NCBI GenBank assembly: GCA_965240325.2 | Contig: OZ251222.1 | Span: 4,278,001 to 4,342,000 of the forward strand | Reading direction: 5' to 3' | Source of the DNA: Rebecca billardiae RCC1528 | Lineage: Eukaryota > Protista > Haptophyta | Length of the DNA: 64,000 nt | Made by a program: the position numbers and the translations under genes | Shown: positions 33,830 to 45,300 of the stretch, in pieces | Numbering within the stretch: the stretch's first letter is position 1 | Layout of the letters: each line of letters opens with the position of its first letter | Notes under the pieces: model-generated | The model's database searches: none | What the model was told of the DNA's origin: nothing | Seen by the model: only the letters and a program-made list of their open reading frames with translations

Positions 33830-34295
33830 TTAGCCTCCACTCACTGGTGGAATAATGGCCACCTCGTCTCCGGCACTCAGCTCAGCCTGTTCAGCAGCGT
33901 GATGCGCGGGGATGTGGCGGACAGTCACGCGCTGGGCACGCTGGCACAACGCCACTCCCGGCCGCCGGCCGAGGGTGCAGCGAGCGCGCACCACATCGTT
34001 CGTGAGGTACTGCCGGTTCACGCTGACCGCACAGCTCGGGAGCAGAGCAGCGAGCGGAGGGTGGTCCCGCTGCAGCGCGGAGACCAGCTCGGCCGTTGTG
34101 GCGCCGCGACTGAGACGCACCTCGACCTGCGACGTGTTCACTGAAAGGCGCGGGTGTGGCGGGCGCAGGCGATGAGGACGCGTCGGGGGAGGGGGGCGCG
34201 ACTGTGGCGCATGCGCGCTGATTGCCCTTACGCTTTTCTCTCAGCGCGGCGAAGAGAAGGACTTTCACCGCGATCTCACTCTCATCCGCCACCAT
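33830..34295 (-). CDS. MOCS2A: Molybdopterin synthase sulfur-carrier subunit (MoaD/MOCS2A/CNX7); introns 34141-34231 and 33887-33991
   Basis: VKVLLFAALREK...AVSVNRQY...LSAGDEVAIIPPVSGG-stop (ubiquitin-like fold, terminal GG). Confidence 0.92.
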
Positions 34296-34396
34296 CGATC
34301 CTGGCTGGCGCGGGCGTGGCGACAGCCCCCGCTTCGTCAGCCGACTGAAAAAGTGAAAAGTCCGCGCGCGACCACGGCCTTCGGCCTGATTCGGGC

Positions 34397-35206
34397 ATGT
34401 CGAACGCCGTCTCGATGAGGAGAGCTCTCATCGCCACCAGCGCGGCGGCGGCCACTGGCCTGTATGCGTCGGGCTGGGGGCGCCGACGCGACCGCCCGCT
34501 CACCTCGACGTCGTCTTGGGACTACGACTGGGACCGTCGCGCCGACCGCGGCGGGGACGGCCCGATCCGACACATCATCCTCGTGCGGCACGGCCAGTAC
34601 GAAACATCCACGCGCGAGCAAGGCCTCACGGCCCTCGGGCGGGAGCAGGCGAGACTGGTGGGGCAGCGGCTGGCATCGTGGGGCGTGCCGTTCAAGGCTG
34701 TCCACCAGAGCAACCTGCTCCGCGCACGCCAGACCGCCGAGATCATCTCGTCCTGCCTCGGCGCGAGCACGCCGCTGCTGCCCCCGGACGAAGCGCTCAA
34801 CGAGGGCTGCCCGATCGAGCCCGTGCCCGCCATCCCGGACTACTCGCCGCCGGCGGCCAGGATCACGGCGGACCAAAGGCGCATCGAGGGCGCGTTTGCG
34901 ACCTACTTTGGCCGAAAGCCGCCTCCACTGCAGGACACCGCAACGCCGGGGAAGGCGCCGCAGCCGCCCGCGCCGGCGCTCGCGCATGCCAACGCGCGCG
35001 GCGAGTGGGAGGTGGTCGTGTGCCACTCGAACGTGATCCGCTTCTTCTTCATGCGCGTACTGCAGCTCCCGCCGGACGCGTGGAACCGTTTGCTGACCAT
35101 ACACACGGGCATCACCCACGTCGTGATCCATCCCGACGGCAGGTGCTCGTGCTTCGGCTTTGGCGACTGCGGGCACCTGGCACCGGCGCAGATGACCTAC
35201 GCATGA
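34397..35206 (+). CDS. PGAM5: PGAM5-like mitochondrial Ser/Thr protein phosphatase
   Basis: N-terminal anchor; WDYDWDRR (WDxNWD-type motif); RHIILVRHGQY; LTALGREQA; RARQTA; VVCHSNVIRFF; FGDCGHL. Confidence 0.92.
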   Translation: MSNAVSMRRALIATSAAAATGLYASGWGRRRDRPLTSTSSWDYDWDRRADRGGDGPIRHIILVRHGQYETSTREQGLTALGREQARLVGQRLASWGVPFKAVHQSNLLRARQTAEIISSCLGASTPLLPPDEALNEGCPIEPVPAIPDYSPPAARITADQRRIEGAFATYFGRKPPPLQDTATPGKAPQPPAPALAHANARGEWEVVVCHSNVIRFFFMRVLQLPPDAWNRLLTIHTGITHVVIHPDGRCSCFGFGDCGHLAPAQMTYA

Positions 35207-35940
35207 CGACCACGGACTCGACTGAACATCGCCGGGCAGCTGGCTCCTGCTCGGACGGCTGCTCCGCGACCGCAGCCGCGATGATGAAGCCTCTGCTTCT
35301 GACAGAGAACTTCTGTGATGATCATGAACGCCTCGAGCAGGGCGGCGTTCTGCCCACCGTGACCGGTTCCGCCTCATCACGTGCCAAAATCATTAAATCG
35401 CGAAATAATCGGATTCGCCCGGCCGGTAGGCCGGAATAAATGACATCGTCGATCGGTCACGCGCAATCAACGGCGCACTAACTTGTGTCTTGTTCAGCAC
35501 TGTCTCAGTGTGACAGTGTGAACAGTGTCTGCCCGGGGGCGGGATACCAGTAACCATAGTCCATAGCTACCGCGGGCGCGGCCGCCGCAATGCAGCATCC
35601 CACACATGGTCCGGTGAGCAGTCTGACGGCGTGGCTCACTTCATCCAGTCAGTCCGCGACGGCATCATCGCAGGCCGCAGCACACTCGAGGCTGAGGGCG
35701 AGTTCCCGCCATGCTGATGCACGCGCGGGCCCGGCGACTGGCGCAGTCCACGGCGGGCTGAGTCACTCGGGCACGGCCGAGTCCGGCATGGCAAAGCTGC
35801 TGGACGCCAAGGCCCTGATGGACCGTGCCCGGGTCACTCCGGCGATGCGAGATCGCACGATGCGCGTGGGGTGCCAGCAGCGGCCAAAGCCGACGCGCCA
35901 CCCGCGCCCCCACGCAGCCTCGCGGAAAGGAACCCCGAGC

Positions 35941-36747
35941 TCACTCGAAGCTGGCCTTCGTCGACATGATGATGGCGACGATGATGGCAAAGATGCCCAG
36001 CGCTGATGCGAAGATCTCAATCACGAGGATCTTCACGAACAGGTTGCCATCCTGCGCGTCGGCGAGGGCGCATCCGCTTCCGCACACGCCGACGCAGACC
36101 CTGCTCGCGCATTGGGCCACCGCGTTTCGTTTTGGGAGGGGACACGCATGAGCGGCAGGGAGTCCTCACGGAGAGCTCGGCAGCGCCGCATCGGCGCGCG
36201 CGGCGAGTGGCACGCACCCGCAGGAGAGGTTGCCCAGGCCGGCCGTCAGCCCTGACCAGAAGATGGCATACCCGGCGTACTTCATCTTGGGGGTGACCTC
36301 TGTGAACTTGAGCGGATCTACAGGATCCAAGTGCGTTTGCAGGATGATGGCGACAATGACACCATAGATTGCGACGGCCTCGCAGAAGATGACACTGCAC
36401 GCGCGGGAGGGCATGCGCGCGCGCCACCCGCATGAGCACGGCCCTCAGGCGCACCTGGCGCGGAGCACGGCGAGCCAGCCGCATGCTGCCTGTCATCGCC
36501 ACCAAGCGCCCCACCTGATCAAATTCTTCGAGCGGATCCGCGGCGCCTTGATGGCCGCACCCACGAGGCTGGAGCCGGTGATGAAGATGCCCCACGCTGC
36601 GCCGAGCACGGACAGCCCGATCGCCAGGCCGGTGCCGATGAAAGCCCAGGCGTAAGGTGAGATACCGTTCAGCAGCTCGCCCCAGCCGAAGAAGATCTGC
36701 TCGGCGAGGACCTCATTCGCGACAATCGCGGTGGTCGCCGCAGCCAT
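35941..36747 (-). CDS. VMA16: V-type ATPase 21-kDa proteolipid subunit c'' (VMA16/ATP6V0B); introns 36395-36514 and 36101-36217
   Basis: [49 protein letters not shown]|[11 protein letters not shown]...NLSCG|[35 protein letters not shown]. Confidence 0.96.
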
Positions 36748-37884
36748 GATGGCCTCGCCCTCGCTCTTCGGGGAACCCCAGAGAGCACACCTGCGCCCGA
36801 TGTGCAGAGCTCGGGCTCAATCGGGGGCCGAATTGCTGGCCAGGACGCGTCCGGACGAAGAAAATCCGGATATATTGAGTCCGGTGCCAAACTTCGTCGC
36901 TCCTCGATCTCCCGGATTATGGCCAAGGCGCCGCCCGCACGATGGCGCGGCCGCGCTGCCGTCCCCCTTGCTTGGTAGGTAGTTGCTGGACCCTCGTCCC
37001 TCGGTGAGCCCGGCCAGGCATCACAAGTACGCTCTCGCGTCGATCTTTGCGTTGGCCTCGTCAGCACGGCGCCGTGGCAGCGGTTGTGCTTGTCGGCGCC
37101 GCTGGGATGCGCCGCGCGCGCCGGCCGTGGCCGACGCGAGAGGCTCGGTACGGTCAGGACTCAGGCAGCTGCGGGTATGAGTCTCAGCCTTGCAGTTTCA
37201 ATGACGAAGTCACCGACTCCCGAGAACGTCACTCGTTAGAATGCTGCGGCAGGGCGCCGTAGTCGTTCAGGTGACCGGAACTGAACTGGTAGATCCGAAT
37301 GGCTGAATCAACGCTCAGCGGCGCTGGACTCGGCCGCCCCTGACGCGGCCTCGCCGCGGAGCCTAGATATCCGCGCTGCGACTTGGATGATCATGATGTC
37401 GCGACTTAAGTGGCATCGCGTCAATGTTACTCACTTTATTTGAATGAGTGTGCGTAGCCAGCGTCTCAGCAGTCCGGGCTGAACCGAGACTCATGGCCGG
37501 TCAAAATGAGTGCGGCGCGGCGGTCGCCGTGGGCGTGAGTCACTAGCTAGCAGACTATTAACGGATTACAGCCGCAGTCTAACACACGTCGACGATCCGC
37601 GGAATTCTGATCAGTAACTAATTAATACTATAGTAGTCACGGGCACCACGGCGGCCTGTACCGCTAGGCGCTACGCGCTCCGAGTCCGGAGACGCGGAGT
37701 CGACTAGTCGACGAGGGCGTGACGACCTGCGCTGAGTGCCGTCATCGACCGTATATATATACGTTGCGCCAGTCTGTATAGTCATCGAATTTATTGACTT
37801 CGTGTCTCGTGAGGCTAGTTTTTTACGATACTGTTAGCAACTTCGTCTTCGATTGAGGCCGCTCGGCCGCGTTCAAAAACTGCC

Positions 37885-38000
37885 TTTAAGTTTATAAATA
37901 ACTAATATAAATATTTTAAGTATATATATATATAAATAATATATATATATAACGACGTGGCAGCATCCGACAAGCGTCAGGCTCAGAGTGCATATATATT
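37885..38000. repeat. AT/(TA)n tract containing a ~40-bp LINE 3'-end fragment
   Basis: AACGACGTGGCAGCATCCGACAAGCGTCAG (37951-37980) aligns to 16035-16070 and is flanked by TA runs. Confidence 0.55.
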
Positions 38001-38325
38001 TAATACAGTAGTACCGCCGGCCCGGTGACACTGACGGGTGAGCAGGTGAGCTCTTGCCTGAAGCCTCAGTTGTCCGTGTCGACGCGGTCCTGCCGTCACC
38101 TGCTCCGTCGCTCCGCCGACGCGACACGCCGCTTTGCTGCGCGCCGATTCAGGTCAACCGCCCGCGCGCCCCGGGCGCGGGGTGCGGGCGTGACGGGAGC
38201 GGAGGGCCCAGAGGTGGTACTCACGGGCGAACGCAATTCGACGACTCAACGGACTGGAGCAGATGGGAGCGCCCCGGTCGTCGGGCACGTTGTCCGGCCT
38301 ACTGTGCGGGCGTGGCCTGCCCGCC

Positions 38326-40305
38326 TCAGTGCCCCTTCTGCAGCATCCTGGCCAGGTCCTCCTCGGGGTGCTTGAGGTCTGCGGGCGTGAGGTTGTACGC
38401 GTCCACCAGCACCTGCACCGCAGCGGGCGTGAGGAACGCGGGCAGCGCCGGGCCCAGCCGGATGTCGCGCACGCCTAGGTGGAGCAGGGTGAGCAGCACG
38501 GCCACTGCCTTCTGCTCGAACCACGACAGGTCGAGCGAGAGCGGCAGGTCGTTGACGGACGCGCTGCCCGTCGCCTCGGCGAGGGCGATGGCCACCTGCA
38601 CGGCCGCGTAGGCGTCGTTGCCTGCGGCCGCGGGCGTGGGCGCGCGCGGGCGGCCGCGCGCGCGCCGGGGCGTGAGCGCGACGATCGCGGGCGTGCGCGC
38701 GCACAGAGCAGCAGCCCGAGCTGCGCGCGCACATTGCCCCATGTCCAGCAGCCTCGGCAGCTCGGTGCCGGGCACGGTGCCAAAGTCTTGGCCGATCACG
38801 CGGAACTTTGCGCAGCCGAGCGTGAGCACCATCGACGAGTCCGGCAGCGCCTCGCCCACCTTCTTGTAGTACTTGCGCGCGCCCTCCGCGCCGTCGCACC
38901 CGCCGATCAGGAAGATGTGCTTCACCTTGCCCTCGCCGATGGCCTCGAGCAGCGCGGGCGCCGCGCCGAGCGTGGCCTCGCGCCCAAAGCCGACGGTGTG
39001 CGTGCGCAGCGCGTCGGCCGCGGCCTCGTCCTGCGCCGTGAAGCCGTCGAGCTCGAGCGCGCGCGCGATCACCGCGCCGAACTCGCGGTTGGGCACGTGG
39101 CGCACGCCGGCCACGCCCGTCTCGCCCGTGGTGAACAGATTGGGCGCGTACGAGCCCTCGGGCGGCTCGAGCACGCAGTTGGTCGTCATGAGGATCGCTC
39201 CGGGAAAAGTGGCAAAGTCGAACTTCTGCCGGTACCACGCGCCGCCGTAGTGCCCGGCGAGGTGCGCGAACTTGCGGAGCTCGGGGTAGCCGTGCGCCGG
39301 GAGCATCTCGCCGTGCGTGTACACGTTGATCCCCAAGCCCGCCGTCTGCTCCAGCAGCGCCTTCAGGTCGGGCAGGTCGTGCCCGCTCACGAGGATCGCG
39401 CGCCCGCGCACCGGGCCCATGCGCACCGCCGCCGGGCTGGGCACGCCAAACGCGTCGGTGTGCGCCTTCTCGAGCGAGCCCATGATGGCGAGGTTGGCCG
39501 CGCCCACGCCGAGCGCGCGCTCGAGCACGGCGGGCACCTCCCCCGCCTCGGGCGCGCAGAGGAACGCGAACGCGCGCATCACCTCCTCCGTGGCCGCGAG
39601 GTCGTCGATGCCGGCGAGCGCGGCGTGGTGCGCGTACGCGGCCGCTCCCTTGGCGCCGTACGCGACGAGCTCCTGCAAGCCGACGAGCGTGGCGTCGCAC
39701 GCGCTGCGCCGCGCCGCGATCCCCACCGCGTGCCCCGCCGCCGCGAGCGCCTCCGCCGTGCGCGGCACCCCCGACGCGTCCCACTCGTGCGGGTGGAGCG
39801 CGCGCGGGAACCACGGCACGTCTGCGCCGCGCAGCGGCGGCGCGCCCGCGGCGGCCACCGCGCGCTTGAGCTGCGCCAGGCGGTCGTCGGCCTCGCTGAT
39901 GTACCCGACGAAGCGCTGCGCGTCAAAGTTGACGTTGGTGAGCGTGGAGAAGAGCGCCGCGCGGAAAAAGCTCGCGGAGGGGCCGAGCGGCACGCTGGCG
40001 GTCTCCTTGGCGTGCAGCGCCCACGCGGCGAGGCCCTTGAGCTGGTGCACGAGGAGGTCCTGCAGGGCGGCGGTCTCGGCCGACTTGCCGCACACGCCCA
40101 CCGACGTGCACCCCTCGCCGTGCTCCGTCTGCTCGCACTGGTAGCAGAACATCTCGCCCGCGCCGCGCGCCTTTGGCGGCGCCGCGACCATGCGCGCCGC
40201 GCTGCGCACGGCCGAGCGCGACAGCGGGCGGCCGGAAGACCGCAGCCCGTGGGACGCTCCGACGCACGCAGTGGCGACGGCGAGCACGAGCGTGAGGCGC
40301 GTCAT
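38326..40305 (-). CDS. hcp: Hybrid cluster protein (hydroxylamine/NO reductase, prismane) with bipartite plastid presequence; intron 38622-38732
   Basis: MFCYQCEQT...GCTSVGVCGK; ILVSGHDL; VYTHGEMLPAHGYP; MTTNC; IGGCDG; LGCAK; DMGQ|CND; SWFEQKAVAVLLTLL. Signal peptide MTRLTLVLAVATACVGASHG followed by an R/S-rich transit-like segment. Confidence 0.95.
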   Translation of the reverse strand: MTRLTLVLAVATACVGASHGLRSSGRPLSRSAVRSAARMVAAPPKARGAGEMFCYQCEQTEHGEGCTSVGVCGKSAETAALQDLLVHQLKGLAAWALHAKETASVPLGPSASFFRAALFSTLTNVNFDAQRFVGYISEADDRLAQLKRAVAAAGAPPLRGADVPWFPRALHPHEWDASGVPRTAEALAAAGHAVGIAARRSACDATLVGLQELVAYGAKGAAAYAHHAALAGIDDLAATEEVMRAFAFLCAPEAGEVPAVLERALGVGAANLAIMGSLEKAHTDAFGVPSPAAVRMGPVRGRAILVSGHDLPDLKALLEQTAGLGINVYTHGEMLPAHGYPELRKFAHLAGHYGGAWYRQKFDFATFPGAILMTTNCVLEPPEGSYAPNLFTTGETGVAGVRHVPNREFGAVIARALELDGFTAQDEAAADALRTHTVGFGREATLGAAPALLEAIGEGKVKHIFLIGGCDGAEGARKYYKKVGEALPDSSMVLTLGCAKFRVIGQDFGTVPGTELPRLLDMGQCARAARAAALCARTPAIVALTPRRARGRPRAPTPAAAGNDAYAAVQVAIALAEATGSASVNDLPLSLDLSWFEQKAVAVLLTLLHLGVRDIRLGPALPAFLTPAAVQVLVDAYNLTPADLKHPEEDLARMLQKGH

Positions 40306-40789
40306 CGCCCTCGTCGAGCAGGTACGCGAGGGCGGGAGTCGGGGACGGGCGAACTCTCGACTCGCCGCGACGAAAGTGGCCGGCGGCGTGCGCGAGGACG
40401 GACGCACTACAACGGGCGTTGCGGCAAAAAGTAATAGGGTGAGAGCCTGAAAGTTCCCTGAAGACGACGCGCGCTGATTGGTCAATCGCTCATCGCCGGT
40501 ATTACACAAGCCGTCGTTCGGCCAGTCGCCAGTCGAAGCAAAGTCGGCACCGACATGACGACACTGGCCGATCGCCCGCCCCGCCGATCGGGCTGCCACG
40601 CACGGCCAGCGGGGCCGTAAGTCGGCATTGAGAGGCACTCGGCTCCAGAGCACCGGCTGGCGGCCGCCTACCTGCGACACCACTCACCAATCAGACCGTC
40701 GTCACATATTACTATTCGCCCGTCTGCACTTGCAGTCGCCGTGAGCCCGCGCCCTTCGCGGTCGGACGGCGCCGCGTTGTCGGGGGCCG

Positions 40790-42294
40790 TCAGCAATGCT
40801 GACGGCGCTTGACTGCGAGCTCCGACGGCGCTTTCGCGCTGTGCGGCACGTGGGCACTGCTCGCGTGGGCGCTGTTCTCCTTGTTGCCACGCAGCGGCGT
40901 GGCCGTCGACGGCGCGGCGCGGCGCCGGCCGGCGCCGGCCGGCGTCTTGCCCGCCGCCGGCCCGCACGGCGCGTGGCTCGACCGCCGCGCGCGCTCGGCG
41001 TCGGACGTCTCCGGCGCGCGCGCGCTCGCGTTGGCGCCGAGCGCGCCCCTCGCCGGCTTCTCCGCCTGCGCAGTGTGGCCGCCGGCCTCCTGCACGCCGC
41101 GCGCCCCCTCGAGCTCGGCGCCGCCGTCGCGCGCCGCGCTGCCGCCGTCAGACGCGGTGCGCACGGCGAGGGGCGGCGGCGCGCTGCCCGAGGGTGGCGG
41201 CGCGTCGGCGGCGGGCGCGGCGCGCGCCAGCCCGCGCTGCTGCGCCAGCCTGAGCTGCGCGCTCAGCTTGAAGATGGTGCGCTCCTGCTCCTTGCGCTCG
41301 CTCAGCTGCTGCTGCAGCGTCGCGCGCAGCTCGGCGAGCAGCCTGCCGCCCTCCTTGATGGACGGGCTGGCGGGGCTGCTCGGAGGGGCGCGCGAGGGGC
41401 AGGGGCGGGCGGAGGGCGCGGCGGGCGGAGGGCGGGTGGGCCGGGGGCGGCGCGCCGGGCGGCGCGCCGTCCGCAGCGCGCGCGCGCAGCAGCAGCACAC
41501 GCCGCGCACACACACCGGTGGTAGCCGAGCAGTTGGTGCAGCGTGCCCAGCATCGAGCCCAGCTGCGCCTCGAGCGAGCTCGAGCGCGCGCGCACGGCGC
41601 TGAGCTCGTGTGTGAGCATGGCCTCGTGCTGCAGCGCCACGCGCACGTCCGCGTCCACGTCCGCCACCGACTGCTGCCGCGCGCGCGCCAGCTCGCACCG
41701 CAGCCGTGCTGCGTGTGCGCGCGCGCCCTCGAGTTCCTCGCGCAGCTCCGACGCCTCCTGCGCGGCCGTGGGGGCGGGCGGGGGGCGGGGGCGGGGGCGG
41801 AGGCGGAGGGCGCGCGGCGGTGAGCGCTGGCCGCCGCACGCGCACTGCGGTGCGCTGCGCTGCGGTGCGCTGCCCGCCTTGCACGCGCGCACACGCGCAC
41901 ACACACACGCACACGCGCGCACACGCGCACACGCGCGCGCGTGCCTTGTGCAGCTCGTCGTTCTCGTGCTTGATCTTGAGGTGGTGCTGGATCTTCTGCC
42001 GGTGGTTGGCGTGGCCCACCAGCCGCGCGTTCTCCTCGCGCAGCGCGCACAGCGACGCGTCGTGCGCGGCGGCGGCGGAGAGGAGGGCGGCGGCGCGCGC
42101 GGAGGCGGACTGGAGCTCGGCCGCGTGCTGCGCGGCGAGCGCCCTCGCCGCGCCCTCCGCCGCCTCCGCCTCGCCCAGCCGGTGCAGCAGCGCCTCGCGC
42201 TCGTCCGCGCTCGCCTCGAGCTGCGCGGCCAGCGCGGCCAGCTGCTGCTGCTGCTGCCCCTGCGGCCCCGGCGCGCCGGCCGTGGCGCCGCCGG

Positions 42295-42333
<39 letters not shown>

Positions 42334-45300
42334 CGAGCTGCGCGGCCGCGCGCTCGCGCTCGGCGTGGAGCGCGGCGGCGTGGAGCGCGGCGGCCTCGGC
42401 GAGCGCGGCCTCGCGCTCGGCCGCCGCGTGCGCGAGCGCGCGCTCCAGCCGCGCCTCCGCCTCCGCCTCGGCCGCGGCGCGCGCGTGCGCGCCCGCTTCC
42501 TCCGCGCGGCCGCGCGCGTCTTCGAGCTCCTCCGCCGCCGCCTGCTGCCGCTGCACCAGGCCGACGAGCTCGGCGGCGGCCGAGGCCTGTGCGCGCGCGT
42601 GCGCGTCCGCGGCCTCGCGCAGCGCCGCCGCGCCCGCCGCCGCGAGCTGCTCGAGCTGCGCCTCGGCGTCGGCGAGCGCGGCCGTGGCGATGCCCGCGGC
42701 CGCGCGCGCCTCCGCGCATGCCGCCGCGTGCGCGCGCGCCGCGGCGTCGGCGGCGCGCAGGGCTCGGCGGTGCGCGTGGCCGCGCGCGGCGGCCTGCACG
42801 CGGCACGCCGCCGCAGCGCGCGTCGCGCGCGCGCGCGTGCCCGCCGCGAGCGCGCGCGCCGCGTTGCGCGCGGCCGCGGCGTCGGCCGCCGCGGCGCGCG
42901 CGCTCGCCAGCTCGGCACCGAGCCGCGCAACGTCGGCGGCGGCGCGCTCGGCGTCGGCGTTGCGCGCGGCGTCGGTGGCTTCGGCGGCGGCGCGGGCGTC
43001 GGCGAGGCTCGCCTCGGCGCGCGAGGCGCGCGCCTCCGCCGCGCGCGCGCGCTCGGCGTCACGCGCCGCCTCCGCCGCCGCGGCCGCCGCCTCGGCGCGC
43101 GCCGCCGCCTCCGCCTCGGCCGCGGCCGCGGCGCGCTCGGCGACCGACGCCGCGTCCGCGCGCGCGGCGGCGACGTGCTGCTCGGCGCGCGAGACGACGG
43201 CGGAGGCGTCGGCCTCGGCGGCCTCAGCGCGCGCGGCAGCGGCGCGCCCCGCCTCCTCCGCCGCCGCCATCGCGCCATGTGCCGACTCCACCGCCGCGCC
43301 CGCCGCCGCCTTCACCGCCGCCGCGTCCGCGTCCGCCGCGCCGCGCGCCGCCACCGCCTCGGCCGCGCGCGCCTCGGCCGCCTCCGCGTCGGCGCGGGCG
43401 CGATCGGCGCGGGCCTCAGCCTCCGCGGCGGCCGCGTGCGCGCCGCTCGCCGACGCCTCAGCCGCGCCCACCCTCTCAGCAGCGGCGCGCTCGGCCTGGC
43501 TCAGCTGCGCCGCGTGCGCCGCGTGCGCAGCGCCGAGCGCGGCCGCGCGCTCGGCCGCGGCGCGCGCCGAGGCGTCGGCGAGCGCCGCTTCGACGGCCGC
43601 CTGCTGGCGCGCGGCGGCGGCCGTTGCGGCGGCGGTGGCGGCCGCGTCAGCGTCGGCGCGTAGCTGCGCCAGCGCGCGCGCGTGCGCCTTGGCCGCCGCC
43701 TTGCCCTCCGCCCGCGCCACCTCCGCGGCCGCCTCGGCCGCCTCGGCGCGCGCCGCCTGCGCGTCCGAGCGCGCGCGCAGCGCGTCCACGCGCGCGCCCA
43801 GCTCGGCGCGGAGCGTGTCCGTGCGCGCGCCCGCCTCGTCCGCCGCGCCTGCGGCGGCTGCGGCGGTGCGCAGCGCGTCTTCGAGCTCGGCGGCGGCGTC
43901 GGCTGCGGCCGCCTCGGCCTCGGCGAGCTCGGAGGCCGCCGTTGCGGCCGCAGCGGCCGCCGCCTCCGCCGCGCGCGCCGCAGCCGCCTCCGCCGCGTCC
44001 GCGCGCGCGCGCTGCGCCGCCTCGCGCTCGGCGGTGGCCGCGTGCTGCGCGGCCGCGGCCTCGAGCTTGGCAGCGGCGTCGAGCTCGAGTGCCTCGCGCT
44101 GTGCATTGGCTGAGGCCAGCTCATCCGCCGCCGTTGCGGCCGCGGCGGCCGCCGCCTCCGCCGCGCGCGCCGCAGCCGCCTCCGCCGCGTCCGCGCGCGC
44201 GCGCTGCGCCGCCTCGCGCTCGGCGGTGGCCGCGTGCTGCGCGGCCGCGGCCTCGAGCTTGGCAGCGGCGTCGAGCTCGAGTGCCTCGCGCTGTGCATTG
44301 GCTGAGGCCAGCTCATCCGCCGCCGTTGCGGCCGCGGCGGCCGCCGCCTCCGCCGCGCGCGCCGCAGCCGCCTCCGCCGCGTCCGCGCGCGCGCGCTGCG
44401 CCGCCTCGCGCTCGGCGGTGGCCGCGTGCTGCGCGGCCGCGGCCTCGAGCTTGGCAGCGGCGTCGAGCTCGAGTGCCTCGCGCTGTGCAGTGGCTGAGGC
44501 CAGCTCGGAGGCAGCCGTTGCGGCCGCAGCGGCTGCCGCCTCCGCGGCGCGCGCCGCAGCCGCCTCCGCCGCGTCCGCGCGCGCGCGCTGCGCCGCCTCG
44601 CGCTCGGCGGTGGCCGCGTGCTGCGCGGCCGCGGCCTCGAGCTTGGCAGCGGCGTCCAGCTCGAGTGCCTCGCGCTGTGCAGTGGCTGAGGCCAGCTCAT
44701 CCGCCGCCGTTGCGGCCGCAGCGGCCGCCGCCTCCGCCGCGCGCGCCTCCGCCGCCTCCGCCGCGTCCGCGCGCGCGCGCTGCGCCGCCTCGCGCTCGGC
44801 GGTGGCCGCGTGCTGCGCGGCCGCGGCCTCGAGCTTGGCAGCGGCGTCCAGCTCGAGTGCCTCGCGCTGTGCAGTGGCTGAGGCCAGCTCATCCGCCGCC
44901 GTTGCGGCCGCGGCGGCCGCCGCCTCCGCCGCGCGCGCCGCAGCCGCCTCCGCCGCGTCCGCGCGCGCGCGCTGCGCCGCCTCGCGCTCGGCGGCAGCCT
45001 CGGCCTCGGCGGCTGCGTCAGCCACCGCTTGCGCAGCCGCCGCGCGCGCCTCGCTGAGCGCCGCCAGCGCGCGCTGAGCGTCGGCTTCGCGCGCCGCGTG
45101 CGCCGCCGCCGCCTCCTCGGAGCGCGCGGAGCGCTCGACCTCGAGCGCCGCGGCCGTCTCCGCCGCCCGCGCGTCCGCGCCGCGCTTCGCGCCCGACTCC
45201 TGCGCGAGCGCGTCGGTGAGGAAGGCGTTGTGCGCCGCGGCCTCGCTCAGCTGGTCCGCCAGCCGCGCCACCTCGCCCGCGGCGGCGCCGCCGTCCGCCT

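Noticed and set aside
33830-40305. Bacterial contamination or operon (moaD, hcp, plus sohB and the histidine kinase elsewhere)
   Set aside because: The genes carry spliceosomal introns and/or eukaryotic targeting peptides and are interspersed with VMA16, PGAM5 and NAA38.
40306-40683. N-terminal extension of the 785-aa HCP ORF (similar extensions on the sulfatase, SohB, HMMR-like and PPR ORFs)
   Set aside because: These extensions mostly begin at non-ATG codons in promoter/UTR DNA. The downstream ATG gives a coherent signal peptide or a conserved N-terminus.
43925-44993. Regularly spaced repeats as a possible CRISPR-like array
   Set aside because: Whole 192-bp units are repeated with no unique spacers, in frame within a coding exon, and there are no cas genes.
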